A stretch of DNA of 58,829 bases, counting the filler, from an uncultured bacterium (GTDB taxonomy: Bacteria > Auribacterota > CAZIXI01): the NCBI GenBank assembly GCA_964543115.1. It is 3 parts of 3 records of this genome, joined end to end, with 100 filler letters (N's around TTAATTAATTAA, not from the genome) between each part and the next. Parts side by side here need not be neighbours in the genome. Positions count along the whole stretch, not along the records: positions 19,958 to 39,605 come from CAZIXI010000037.1; 2 more parts are not named here. One strand, 5' to 3'. A model generated the notes under the pieces. That model ran no database searches. It had not been told where the DNA came from and saw only the letters and a list, made by a program, of their open reading frames with translations. The translations under genes and the position numbers were made by a program. Positions 19,959 through 29,051 of this stretch are shown here, one piece after another (position 1 is the stretch's first letter; the number at the start of each line of letters is the position of its first letter).

Positions 19959-20627
19959 TTTGTCCGAGCGGCTTGGTTTGGCTTTATTGTCGGTGCATTA
20001 ATTTTTCTGTTATTGAAGTACAAAGAGAGACTTGTCAAATTGAATCTGGCAACTTATGTTAAGAAAGTATTTTTGATCATAGTGTTGTTTGTAATAGTAT
20101 CGGCTTTCTGTCCGCCGATAAGGAAAATTATTAAGCAGCGTTTTTTTACGCAAAATTTACAGGCGGGGATAAGCATTAAAAATATTCGCTTTAATTTAAT
20201 GAAAATCTCATTTCGGGCTTTTTTGCAGCATCCACTTATCGGTAATGGCCCGGGGAGCGCTTCATATAATTATTTAACTGTAATGAAGAGTAGGGGGCAT
20301 ACTGCTGAAATGTATAATGATTATTTGGAAAGCGGCGGCCGGGAAGGATTCGATCCGAGCATTATAACTACGGTATTAGGAGATACAGGCCTAATAGGGT
20401 TTATAATCTTTACATTGCTCATAGGAAAATTTATTAGATATAACTTGAGAAAAATTCCTGTTTTAGAGACGGAGTATTCCATTATTGCCTTGGGCCTTTT
20501 TACCGGTATTATCGGTTTATTGATGTCGTATGTTTTTAGCCAGGGTTTCTGGCTTCCGTTTACGTGGGTGTTTCTAGCACTCAACATGGCTGTTTTTAAT
20601 GTTGGCGGTGCGGACAAAAAGGGATAA
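19959..20627 (+). CDS. O-antigen ligase/polymerase (Wzy_C-like) protein, 5'-truncated
   Basis: Frame open to contig edge: VRAAWFG, R...HPLIGNGPG, then TM helices. Confidence 0.75.
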   Translation, partial: FVRAAWFGFIVGALIFLLLKYKERLVKLNLATYVKKVFLIIVLFVIVSAFCPPIRKIIKQRFFTQNLQAGISIKNIRFNLMKISFRAFLQHPLIGNGPGSASYNYLTVMKSRGHTAEMYNDYLESGGREGFDPSIITTVLGDTGLIGFIIFTLLIGKFIRYNLRKIPVLETEYSIIALGLFTGIIGLLMSYVFSQGFWLPFTWVFLALNMAVFNVGGADKKG

Positions 20628-20629
20628 AT

Positions 20630-21748
20630 ATGAGAATTGGGATTGATGCCAACGCTTATTATAAAGATATGACCGGCACCGGGGTCTATATCAGGAATAT
20701 TATCGACAGATGGCGTAAAGAAAGTAAGCAATTGTTTCTTTTTGCCAATAATAGGAAAAGTGTGCTGGATTCGGCAAGAAAGAAAAATGTTTTTGCCAGA
20801 TTATTGAATGGTTTGATGGATATTTACTGGACACAGATAGTGCTGCCGCTGGAATTAAAAAGAAACAGGATCGATGTTTTATTCAGTCCTTCTTTTGTCT
20901 GTCCGCTATTTTCTCCTTGTCCGCTGGCGATAACTGTGCTGGATATGACGTTTAGAAGGTATCCGGAGACAGTTGACAGATTATATAAATATTATCTTGA
21001 GGCGATAATCCCGTTTATTAAAAAGAAGGCAGCTGCAATACTGACAATTTCTAATTTTTCCAAAGAGGAAATTGTTAGTTTGTTGAAAATCCCGTCTGAT
21101 AAAGTTAAGGTGGTTTATCTTGGCGGCCGGGATGTGTTTTCGGAGGAGGATGACAGGAGTAATAATGGGAAACTCAAAAGTAAATATGGGATAGAACAGA
21201 AATTCATTTTGAATGTAGGGACTCTGGAGCCGCGGAAAAACGTTATTTCTCTTATTGAGGCTTTCGCCCGGATAAAAAAAAGAAAAAAGATTACGCAAAA
21301 ATTAGTTATCTGTGGCGGACGGGGCTGGTATTATAAAAATATTATTGCGCGGGTTGCGCAATTAGCGTTGGGAAAAGATATAATCTTTACCGGTTATGTC
21401 CCGGATGAAGAGTTGTCTTTGTTCTATAGGGCGGCGGATGTATTTGTCTATCCATCTCTGTACGAAGGCTTCGGCTTGCCAGTTTTGGAGGCGATGGCCG
21501 CCGGTTGCCCGGTAGTGACATCAAATGCGTCTTCACTGAAGGAAGTAGCAGGTGATGCGGGTATTCTGGTAGATCCGCATAGTATTGAGGATATTGGGCA
21601 GGCAATCTTGGATGTTGTCTGTCAGAGGGAATTAAGAGAGGATTTAATAAAAAAAGGACTAATCCGGGCGAAAGAGTTTTCCTGGGACAAAGCAGCCAGT
21701 GATGTTTATACCGTTTTAACAAATGTCATCAGTGGTAATACAGTTTGA
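20630..21748 (+). CDS. Glycosyltransferase family 4
   Basis: VGTLEPRKN, FVYPSLYEGFGLPVLEAMAAG, FSWDKAA. Confidence 0.93.
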   Translation: MRIGIDANAYYKDMTGTGVYIRNIIDRWRKESKQLFLFANNRKSVLDSARKKNVFARLLNGLMDIYWTQIVLPLELKRNRIDVLFSPSFVCPLFSPCPLAITVLDMTFRRYPETVDRLYKYYLEAIIPFIKKKAAAILTISNFSKEEIVSLLKIPSDKVKVVYLGGRDVFSEEDDRSNNGKLKSKYGIEQKFILNVGTLEPRKNVISLIEAFARIKKRKKITQKLVICGGRGWYYKNIIARVAQLALGKDIIFTGYVPDEELSLFYRAADVFVYPSLYEGFGLPVLEAMAAGCPVVTSNASSLKEVAGDAGILVDPHSIEDIGQAILDVVCQRELREDLIKKGLIRAKEFSWDKAASDVYTVLTNVISGNTV

Positions 21749-21769
21749 GGGTTTGTTTTATGAGGGTTA

Positions 21770-22456
21770 ATGATGAATCTACATAAACTTTTGTATAGAA
21801 TATTAAAAATGTTCTCCTGTTTAGATATGCGCATTAATTATATTAATAGCCTGCCGCGTAATTGTAAGTTGCTTGATATTGGTTGTGGTAATGGGAATGT
21901 TTTAAGGCGTTTCCAGGCAGTAAGGCCGGACATAAAAATAACAGGAGTGGACAGGGAAGATATTAAAGAGCTGTTGCCGGGGAATGTTAATTTTTACAAA
22001 TTAGATTTGGAAAGTGATTCTTTACCTTTTCCGGATAATTGTTTTACCGGGGTGACGATGGTCCATGTTGTTGAGCATATTAGGAATCCGGAAAAAGTAT
22101 TTAAGGAGATTTTTCGGGTTTTGCAGGACAGGGGACATTTTTATTTGGAAACTCCCCATGTTAAGTCTCTGTATCTCCCTGCAATAAAGATTTTCCCTGA
22201 TAGAGAAGGGGGACCGGTTAATTTTTATGACGATCCGACCCATGTAACGCTTTACCGTAAAGAAGATATCAGGAATATTCTTATTAATCAAAAGATAGCA
22301 GATTGTAAATTTGGGATATATCGGAACTATATTTACATGTTAATTTCTCCTTTATTAATGTTTTATGGTTTTATTCTAATGAAGAGACAATGGTTTGTTG
22401 TTGGCCTGCATCATCTTTTAGGCTGGAGTATGTATTGCCGGGGCAGGAAAAGGTGA
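21770..22456 (+). CDS. Class I SAM-dependent methyltransferase
   Basis: LLDIGCGNG, HVVEHI, DDPTH. Confidence 0.88.
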   Translation: MMNLHKLLYRILKMFSCLDMRINYINSLPRNCKLLDIGCGNGNVLRRFQAVRPDIKITGVDREDIKELLPGNVNFYKLDLESDSLPFPDNCFTGVTMVHVVEHIRNPEKVFKEIFRVLQDRGHFYLETPHVKSLYLPAIKIFPDREGGPVNFYDDPTHVTLYRKEDIRNILINQKIADCKFGIYRNYIYMLISPLLMFYGFILMKRQWFVVGLHHLLGWSMYCRGRKR

Positions 22457-22462
22457 TTGTAA

Positions 22463-23692
22463 ATGATCAAAATAAAAAATCCACTACATAAAAAAATCGC
22501 ATTATTTATTGATGTCTGCGGCAGCATTTTTTACCGTTGGGGATGCCTGTGCCATTTGTGGGTCAGAAAAGACATCAATCTGGATGATTTTATTCCCCGC
22601 AAAATACTTGTTGTTGTAATTGAGCCTTTAGGGGATGTCCTCATGTCAACACCGGTGTTTCGGGCTTTAAAAAGTAAGTATCCAGCAACGTATCTTTCTG
22701 TCCTAATCAGTTCAGCAGGCCGGGAGATCATCGCTAATAATCCTTATATTGATGAGGTTATTACTGAAGATTGCCCCTGGCTTTATTCCAGGCCAATTAC
22801 ACTCTCAGGTTTGTTACAGCAGTTGAAGTACTTTTTATTCAGTTATTGGAAAATGTACAATAAAATAAAAGCGGCAAAGTATGATTTGGGGATTGACCTG
22901 CGTGGCGACTTTCGTCATATTTTGTTTTTTCTGTTTTTGCCGAAGATCAGTTGCACGGTTAGTTATGACCGTGCGGGCGGCGGGTATTTGTTAAGCAAAA
23001 CAGTGATGTTTGAGCCAGAGGAGCACAAGGTAATTAAGAATATGAATCTGCTCAAGCCCTTAGGGTTAGAAAAGGGCAGGATTGCTATGAGTGTTTATCC
23101 CAGGGAAGAAGACAAATTGCGTGTTGAGGATGCCCTGCAAAAAAAAGGTATTGATAAGGATGATCTGATTGTTATTATTCATCCCGGGGCCAGTAGAAAA
23201 GTAAGATTGTGGTCTGCCACGAAATACTCTCAATTAGCAGATGCCATTAGTCATCACTATAAAAGTAAGATTATCTTTACAGGGAGCACTGATGATTTGC
23301 TGTTTGTTAAGCGGATTGTTGAGCAAACCAGAAATAGTGTAACAAATCTTTGTGGTAAGCTGCGTTTATTGGAGCTGGCTGTTCTATTAGAGAAGGCTGT
23401 TTTGTTAATTTGTCCAGATACGAGTATTATGCATTTGGCCGCTGCTGTTTCCTTGCCGACTATTATCTTATTTGGTCCTGAGGAGCCGCAGCAGGTAGCT
23501 CCGCAAGGTGAAGACGCCTATGTTGTCTGGAAGAAAATTGATTGTGCCCCCTGTCCCCAGATAAAGTGCGATTCCTGGTCAGCAGATGATATTAGTGCCT
23601 GTATGGATGCGATTTGTGTTGAAGATATAATGGACAAAGTAACTTTGGTTTTGGGTGGGAATGGAGCTAAAAATATATGCGTCAAGGGGTAG
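22463..23692 (+). CDS. Glycosyltransferase family 9 (heptosyltransferase-like)
   Basis: LGDVLMSTP, IHPGAS, DTSIMHLAAA, LFGP. Confidence 0.9.
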   Translation: MIKIKNPLHKKIALFIDVCGSIFYRWGCLCHLWVRKDINLDDFIPRKILVVVIEPLGDVLMSTPVFRALKSKYPATYLSVLISSAGREIIANNPYIDEVITEDCPWLYSRPITLSGLLQQLKYFLFSYWKMYNKIKAAKYDLGIDLRGDFRHILFFLFLPKISCTVSYDRAGGGYLLSKTVMFEPEEHKVIKNMNLLKPLGLEKGRIAMSVYPREEDKLRVEDALQKKGIDKDDLIVIIHPGASRKVRLWSATKYSQLADAISHHYKSKIIFTGSTDDLLFVKRIVEQTRNSVTNLCGKLRLLELAVLLEKAVLLICPDTSIMHLAAAVSLPTIILFGPEEPQQVAPQGEDAYVVWKKIDCAPCPQIKCDSWSADDISACMDAICVEDIMDKVTLVLGGNGAKNICVKG

Positions 23693-23723
23693 CGTTTTAG
23701 TTATCAGATTGGATAGTATTTAA
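23661..23723 (+). pseudogene. N-terminal stub of a second GT9 gene (MELKIYASRGSVLVIRLDSI*)
   Basis: Own translation; VLVIRLDSI is the GT9 start motif normally followed by GD; breaks where the minus-strand block ends. Confidence 0.5.
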
Positions 23724-23754
23724 CGCAAGAATTTTCCTGCTATTGCAGTACATC

Positions 23755-24852
23755 TTATTTTAATATTTTCTTCATTAAATTTTCAGTTTTATTAACGACA
23801 GCATCCCAGTTATAATTACGCCGCATTCTCTCTATTGCTAGAGGCCGATATTTTTCGACCTCCTCTGGCTTGTTTAGTAAATAGTCTATCCTTTTTGCCA
23901 AGTCATTTGGGTTCCCAGGAGCATAACATAATCCACAATCGCCAACAACTTCTCTATTAAATTCTACCCCAGTAGCAATTACACAATTGCCTAAAGCCAT
24001 AGCCTGCAAGAGTGCCGGATTTGTCCCGCCAACTTCATTGCCGTGTATATAGATAAAGGCATTACTGGTTAACTCAAAATAACCATCTCCATATATGCTG
24101 CCAACAAATCGGATACGTTTATCTTTGGTGTCTTTCAATCTTTTAATATAATTATTATTATAAGGAGCATTGCCAACTATAATTAGCGGCATATTTCCTT
24201 TAACCTTTTCATAGGCTCGTACTAATATATGAGCATTATTCTCCGGTTCAAGCCTGCTGACGTATAATATGTACCCTTTTCTTTTTAACTTTAATTTTTC
24301 TAGTGTTTTACCGGGGAGGATGACTTTTTTTGGGTCAGCGCCGTATGAGATATATTCAGTATCTTTATTAAAAGCGGTCTTGTAATAATTCGCTATCCCT
24401 CTAGAGTCAGAAACAATAACGTTAGCAAAAATTGTCGCGATAAATTCTGCAATTCTATAAGCAGCTTTTCCTGCCCGGCTCCATTTTTGCCTTTTCCACT
24501 CTAGGCCGTCGACGTTTATTATTGTTTTTATTCCCAAAAGTCTGGGGAGGAAAGTGAAAATACTGTTAATGGCGTTGCAGTAATAAACAACTTTTACGTC
24601 AGTAAATATAACATGCAGGGTGGATAAAAACGTGTGGAATACTGTATCTGAATATTTATTCTTCAGAGTGGGCAAAACGACTAATTTTACGCCTTTGTAT
24701 TCTTTAAGATTTTCCTTGGTGTAATTCGAACGGCAATAGACTGTTACCTTATGGCCTTTTTCTACGAGCCTTAAGCTTAACTCTTCCGCGAAGGTTTCAA
24801 ATCCTCCATAATTAGCCGGTATCCCCCTTGTGCCTATTATTGCGATTTGCAT
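23755..24852 (-). CDS. GT4 glycosyltransferase with DUF1972 N-terminus (WchF-like rhamnosyltransferase)
   Basis: IAIIGTRGIPANYGGFETFAEEL, NVDGLEWKR, RLEPENN, VGGTNPALL. Confidence 0.9.
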   Translation of the reverse strand: MQIAIIGTRGIPANYGGFETFAEELSLRLVEKGHKVTVYCRSNYTKENLKEYKGVKLVVLPTLKNKYSDTVFHTFLSTLHVIFTDVKVVYYCNAINSIFTFLPRLLGIKTIINVDGLEWKRQKWSRAGKAAYRIAEFIATIFANVIVSDSRGIANYYKTAFNKDTEYISYGADPKKVILPGKTLEKLKLKRKGYILYVSRLEPENNAHILVRAYEKVKGNMPLIIVGNAPYNNNYIKRLKDTKDKRIRFVGSIYGDGYFELTSNAFIYIHGNEVGGTNPALLQAMALGNCVIATGVEFNREVVGDCGLCYAPGNPNDLAKRIDYLLNKPEEVEKYRPLAIERMRRNYNWDAVVNKTENLMKKILK

Positions 24853-24862
24853 TTTTCTCTGC

Positions 24863-25576
24863 TCAATTACCTGTTCTCGACTTAATTATTTTTGCCGGTA
24901 CTCCTGCCACAAGAGAATCGGGAGGTATACTTTTAGTCACTACCGCCCCGGCAGCAATAACACAGCCATCCCCGATCATTACACCAGCCAAAATTGTTGT
25001 ACCCGCACCAATCCAACAATTATTACCTATTTTTACGCTTTGGCGGGTTTCTCCTTGTTTTCTAATGAGCACATCCTCTTTAGAATAATTATGGTTTTCA
25101 GAGAATATTTTAACACCCGGCCCCATAATTACATTATCACCTATAGTTATGTTGCCCTGAGCGCCGATAAATGATTGTGCGCCTATAGATGAATAATCAC
25201 CAAGCTGTAAACCTTCTCCTTTATTGGCAACTATACCGGTGCATATAATTTGAGCAGCATGGCCTATTGTTACATTTCTGCCAAATTTTATGCCCTGTTT
25301 AGACAAAGCATTAATGGAAACATTATCTCCTAAGATGAGACTGGGACCGCTAGTTATCAAATAACCATGTTCAATGCGTACGTTATGACCTGAAAAAATG
25401 AGACCTTGGCATGTTTTTAATTTAAAACGAATAAAAAATCCCCTCAAAACCTGTAAAAATCTATAAAACAATATGAAAAACAACTCTCTAGAACTGTAGT
25501 TTTTATCAACCTTATATGTAGGGTCTCTTTTAAAAAATCTAATTATTTTTTCCAAATACTTTGTCATAATTTTCAT
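24863..25576 (-). CDS. Hexapeptide-repeat (left-handed beta-helix) acyltransferase
   Basis: IGDNVIMGPGV, IGNNCWIGAG, VAGVPAKIIK. Confidence 0.9.
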   Translation of the reverse strand: MKIMTKYLEKIIRFFKRDPTYKVDKNYSSRELFFILFYRFLQVLRGFFIRFKLKTCQGLIFSGHNVRIEHGYLITSGPSLILGDNVSINALSKQGIKFGRNVTIGHAAQIICTGIVANKGEGLQLGDYSSIGAQSFIGAQGNITIGDNVIMGPGVKIFSENHNYSKEDVLIRKQGETRQSVKIGNNCWIGAGTTILAGVMIGDGCVIAAGAVVTKSIPPDSLVAGVPAKIIKSRTGN

Positions 25577-25579
25577 TAG

Positions 25580-25800
25580 CTAGAGGTAGCTTTTTACGCA
25601 TATTTCAAAATTGAATTTACTGATCTTGCTAAAGCAAATGCTTTTGTGAGTCAGTTCCTTTTTCTCTTTGCTCATATAATATTGCCTATCATTTAACATT
25701 TTGTCAATAAAAACTGTAAAAAATGTTATTAATTCTGGTTTCAGCCAGCCAGCATCAATAACATATTGGAAACGAATATGATAAGCTGATTTTAGTGGGT
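25580..25800 (-). pseudogene. Possible C-terminal remnant of a GT4-like gene
   Basis: DAGWL...IDKMLNDRQYY resembles GT4 C-termini; stop sits 4 nt before the acyltransferase start; no credible start. Confidence 0.35.
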
Positions 25801-25845
25801 TATTTGAAGCGAAGAACAAAAACAGCAGAGGCAGTTGCGCTCTGA

Positions 25846-25956
25846 AAATACGATTGGGATAAGATTGCGGAGAAAACTCGGGAGATTTATCGGAGTTTTT
25901 TGTGGTGTCTTTTTAGGATTTGTGTAAGCTATCTAAAATACTATTTCAAGAAGTAA
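25846..25956 (+). pseudogene. C-terminal remnant of a GT4 gene (KYDWDKIAEKTREIYRS)
   Basis: Own translation; typical GT4 terminal helix; in-frame TGA immediately upstream, no start. Confidence 0.55.
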
Positions 25957-26046
25957 ACTCTACTTGGTTATTTCTTCTGCCTTTGGTAAACTATATGTTA
26001 TTGTCGTAAAAATGTAGAGTGAACAGTCTCCCGGATGTTAAGGTAA

Positions 26047-26784
26047 ATGGAGGTTAAAATTAAAAAAATAATAAAGAAAATGTTTTTGAGAATGGGCTAC
26101 AATATAACAAGAATTGAGAATCCCTTGCTAGATATTCCCGATTTTAAATTCTATACACCATTGTTTAGTCCCTGGCTGGGGTATGGCGGGTTTAAGCATT
26201 TCTACGATAAGGCTCGTCCGCATACATTGCTGTCTTCCGATCGCTGCTATGTTTTATATATACTTGCCTTACAGGCTTTATCATTGCGCGGAGATGTCTG
26301 GGAATGTGGTGTTTATAAGGGTGGTACAGCTCTGCTTTTAGCGGAATTGATTGTCTCGACAAGAGGGGCGAGAGCCCAATTGCATCTTTTTGATACTTTT
26401 AAAGGAATGCCGGAAACCAATAAAGAAAAAGATCTGCATCAGGCTGGGGGTTTTTCTGATACAAGTTTGTCCGCTGTCCGAAAACTTGTTGGTCAAGAGA
26501 GAATAGTTCATTTTCATGAAGGATTTATACCGGACACTTTTTCAGGATTCGAGAACGCTAATATTGCCTTTGCCCATATTGATGTTGACGTCTACCAATC
26601 GCTTAAAGATTGCTGCGAGTTCATTATGCCAAGATTGATCAAGGGCGGGTTTGTTGTAATTGATGACTATGGTTTTCCTAGTTGTCCGGGGGCAAGGATG
26701 GCGGTAGATGAATTCTTTAAAAATAGAGCAGAGAAGCCATTAGTTTTAGCAACAGGACAAGCTGTTGTTTTTAAGTCGTTTTAA
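26047..26784 (+). CDS. TylF/MycF/NovP-family sugar O-methyltransferase
   Basis: GDVWECGVYKGG, FDTFKGMP, HIDVDVY, DDYG. Confidence 0.9.
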   Translation: MEVKIKKIIKKMFLRMGYNITRIENPLLDIPDFKFYTPLFSPWLGYGGFKHFYDKARPHTLLSSDRCYVLYILALQALSLRGDVWECGVYKGGTALLLAELIVSTRGARAQLHLFDTFKGMPETNKEKDLHQAGGFSDTSLSAVRKLVGQERIVHFHEGFIPDTFSGFENANIAFAHIDVDVYQSLKDCCEFIMPRLIKGGFVVIDDYGFPSCPGARMAVDEFFKNRAEKPLVLATGQAVVFKSF

Positions 26785-26802
26785 TGAATCCTCTAGATTG
26801 TT

Positions 26803-27813
26803 TTATTTAAAAGGACTTAGTCCTAATGCTTTTCTTAGCATACCTTTTATTGTTCGTCCACACCAGTACGGCACAATTAGTATCCATTTTGGCAATACAA
26901 GACATGGATAAATATAAAATCGAAATGTTTCGTATTTGCCGCATAATTTTATAATTAATGACTCCATTTCTTTTGTGTACCCTGGAGGCATGTTAAAACA
27001 TTTCATTGGCAGAATAATTTTATAAAAGCCCCTCATGTGCCAGTTGAGAACATAGTGCTCTGTAAGATCACTTACTAGGCCTTTCTTGTTTAGTATTTGG
27101 TAGTGTTTGGCCATATCAAGTAAAATTGTCAATGGATTATAAGTGGCTTTGCTAAGAGATAAAGTCCTTACGCTAACGCAAATCTTTCCAATAAACACAA
27201 AAGGGCCGGGGTTTGTCAGGAGAACATATGTTCCCAGATATAGCGAGTACCCATGGGTAAAATTTAGCTCTTTATATTCAGTTAAAATATAATCATATTT
27301 AATAACAGTTTCCTTCTTATATATTATCGCGGTAAAATGATTGAGTATATAATCCCGGATAAGTTTTTCTCCATCATCATAAACAATATCTTCCAGATCC
27401 TTCTTTCTGGTTAGTACAGACATGTAGTCTTCTGCCCCATCCATAAAGCCCGCGTGATTTGTGAATATAAAATTTGGTTTATATTTCTCGATGATCGACA
27501 ATACTTTCTTAACTGCTCCCGGCAGAAGCAGGTCATCATCAGAAAACATCCAGCAATATTCACTAGCGGATCTTTTGATGCATTCATAGGCGTTAAAATC
27601 CATTCCCAAATTGGTTTCGTTTCTAAAATACTTAATAGATTTGTTATTATTCGTTAATTGCCGCACATATTTTTCAGTCGCGTCAGTGGAGGCGTTGTCA
27701 GATATGATTATTTCAATATCATTATCGCAGATTTGGGGCAGTATTGTTTCAATTGTTTGTTTAAGTGTTTCTTGCCTGTTATATGTGGGGATGCAAATTG
27801 ATAAATTGGGCAT
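26803..27813 (-). CDS. Glycosyltransferase family 2 (RfbV abequosyltransferase-like)
   Basis: SICIPTYNR, DNASTD, FSDDD; follows a dideoxyhexose synthase-like gene. Confidence 0.85.
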   Translation of the reverse strand: MPNLSICIPTYNRQETLKQTIETILPQICDNDIEIIISDNASTDATEKYVRQLTNNNKSIKYFRNETNLGMDFNAYECIKRSASEYCWMFSDDDLLLPGAVKKVLSIIEKYKPNFIFTNHAGFMDGAEDYMSVLTRKKDLEDIVYDDGEKLIRDYILNHFTAIIYKKETVIKYDYILTEYKELNFTHGYSLYLGTYVLLTNPGPFVFIGKICVSVRTLSLSKATYNPLTILLDMAKHYQILNKKGLVSDLTEHYVLNWHMRGFYKIILPMKCFNMPPGYTKEMESLIIKLCGKYETFRFYIYPCLVLPKWILIVPYWCGRTIKGMLRKALGLSPFK

Positions 27814-27849
27814 GATGTTTCCGTGTCGTATAATTGTTTTTAAGAACGG

Positions 27850-28749
27850 CTATATAACACAACCTTTTTGGCTGCTTTCTTTTTCTATTGTTTTAATTAA
27901 TCCTTCCGAGAGTGTAACTTTCTGTTCCCACCCCAGGCGTTTTAATGCGGAGAGGTTTAACCTGGGTGACATAACTTCATTTTTTCTGTATTTTAAGGCG
28001 CCGAAATTCAATTGAGACATTGTATTTCCTGTCAAGGCCTTTGCTTGTTCTACAAATTTTCTTATTTCAATAGGTTCTTCAGAGCCAACCTGATAATTGA
28101 AATAACCATTTTCCAAAGAATCGCTTTTTTTGATGATTTTGACAAAGGCATCCACCACATCATCGATATAAATAAAGCATCTTTTTTGCTCCCCCGGGGT
28201 CAAGTCAATTTTATCTACCTTATCTAATAAAGAATGTATAATGTGACTTACAAACTTCGAACGATCATCGCTAGGGCCGTAAAAATGCTCAATCTCGACA
28301 TTTATACAAACCATCTTTTCCGCGAATGTCTGTAGCCATTGCTTAAATTGATTTTTGGACAAAGAATATTCGTTTACCCGCATATCTAGAACAGTATCTG
28401 TGTTTATAAAATGCCTGGTTCCATATTTTCTGCCAAGTTCTAACAGTTTTAACGGTAAAATAAGATTCGCTTCAAGTATCTCTATCGAAGACACTTTCTG
28501 CCTGCCGTAATTTGTGGCACAGTGGATAATTTTGCTGATCTGATTGTCTTGAAATAGCTTATCAAGGTCCGTACTTTCTATATTATAGAAATCTATTTTA
28601 TCCGCTATTTTTTCTATTCTGCTTAAATTTGATGTTTTTCGTTTTAAGACAATAATCCTGATACGCTGGGTAATCATTGTTTTTAAAATATTACTACCCA
28701 GAAAACCTGTGCCGCCAGTAAATAAATAAGTTTTAGTATTATTTTTCAT
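27850..28749 (-). CDS. NAD-dependent epimerase/reductase, CDP-abequose/paratose synthase-like
   Basis: TGGTGFLG, HCATNYGR, YSLSK, EHFYGPSDD, GEQKR. Confidence 0.8.
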   Translation of the reverse strand: MKNNTKTYLFTGGTGFLGSNILKTMITQRIRIIVLKRKTSNLSRIEKIADKIDFYNIESTDLDKLFQDNQISKIIHCATNYGRQKVSSIEILEANLILPLKLLELGRKYGTRHFINTDTVLDMRVNEYSLSKNQFKQWLQTFAEKMVCINVEIEHFYGPSDDRSKFVSHIIHSLLDKVDKIDLTPGEQKRCFIYIDDVVDAFVKIIKKSDSLENGYFNYQVGSEEPIEIRKFVEQAKALTGNTMSQLNFGALKYRKNEVMSPRLNLSALKRLGWEQKVTLSEGLIKTIEKESSQKGCVI

Positions 28750-28968
28750 ATGTTCAAGAGCCCAAATTATAGCACCAGAAGGAGATCTTGAAAAGTGTTT
28801 TTTGCCACCTTNNNNNNNNNNGTGCGCATAGTTGCAAAAAAGTCAATAGATAGGGGAGTAGAGTTCGTGCCGATTATGCTAGATTGTTTTAAACAACACA
28901 GTTGTGGCTGTAAAGAATTGCAATCCATGATCTTACAGAAACTGCGGGCTGGCAAGCTGCAAACTATA

Positions 28969-28997
28969 TTGACAAAATTGCTCTATTATTTGATAAT
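28969..28997 (+). promoter_or_regulatory. Sigma70-type promoter TTGACA-N17-GATAAT
   Basis: Consensus -35, 17-bp spacer, upstream of the sugar transferase operon. Confidence 0.65.
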
Positions 28998-29051
28998 ATA
29001 TAAATTATATGGATTTAAAATAAAAATTATTATTATTAAAAATGGTGTTTT

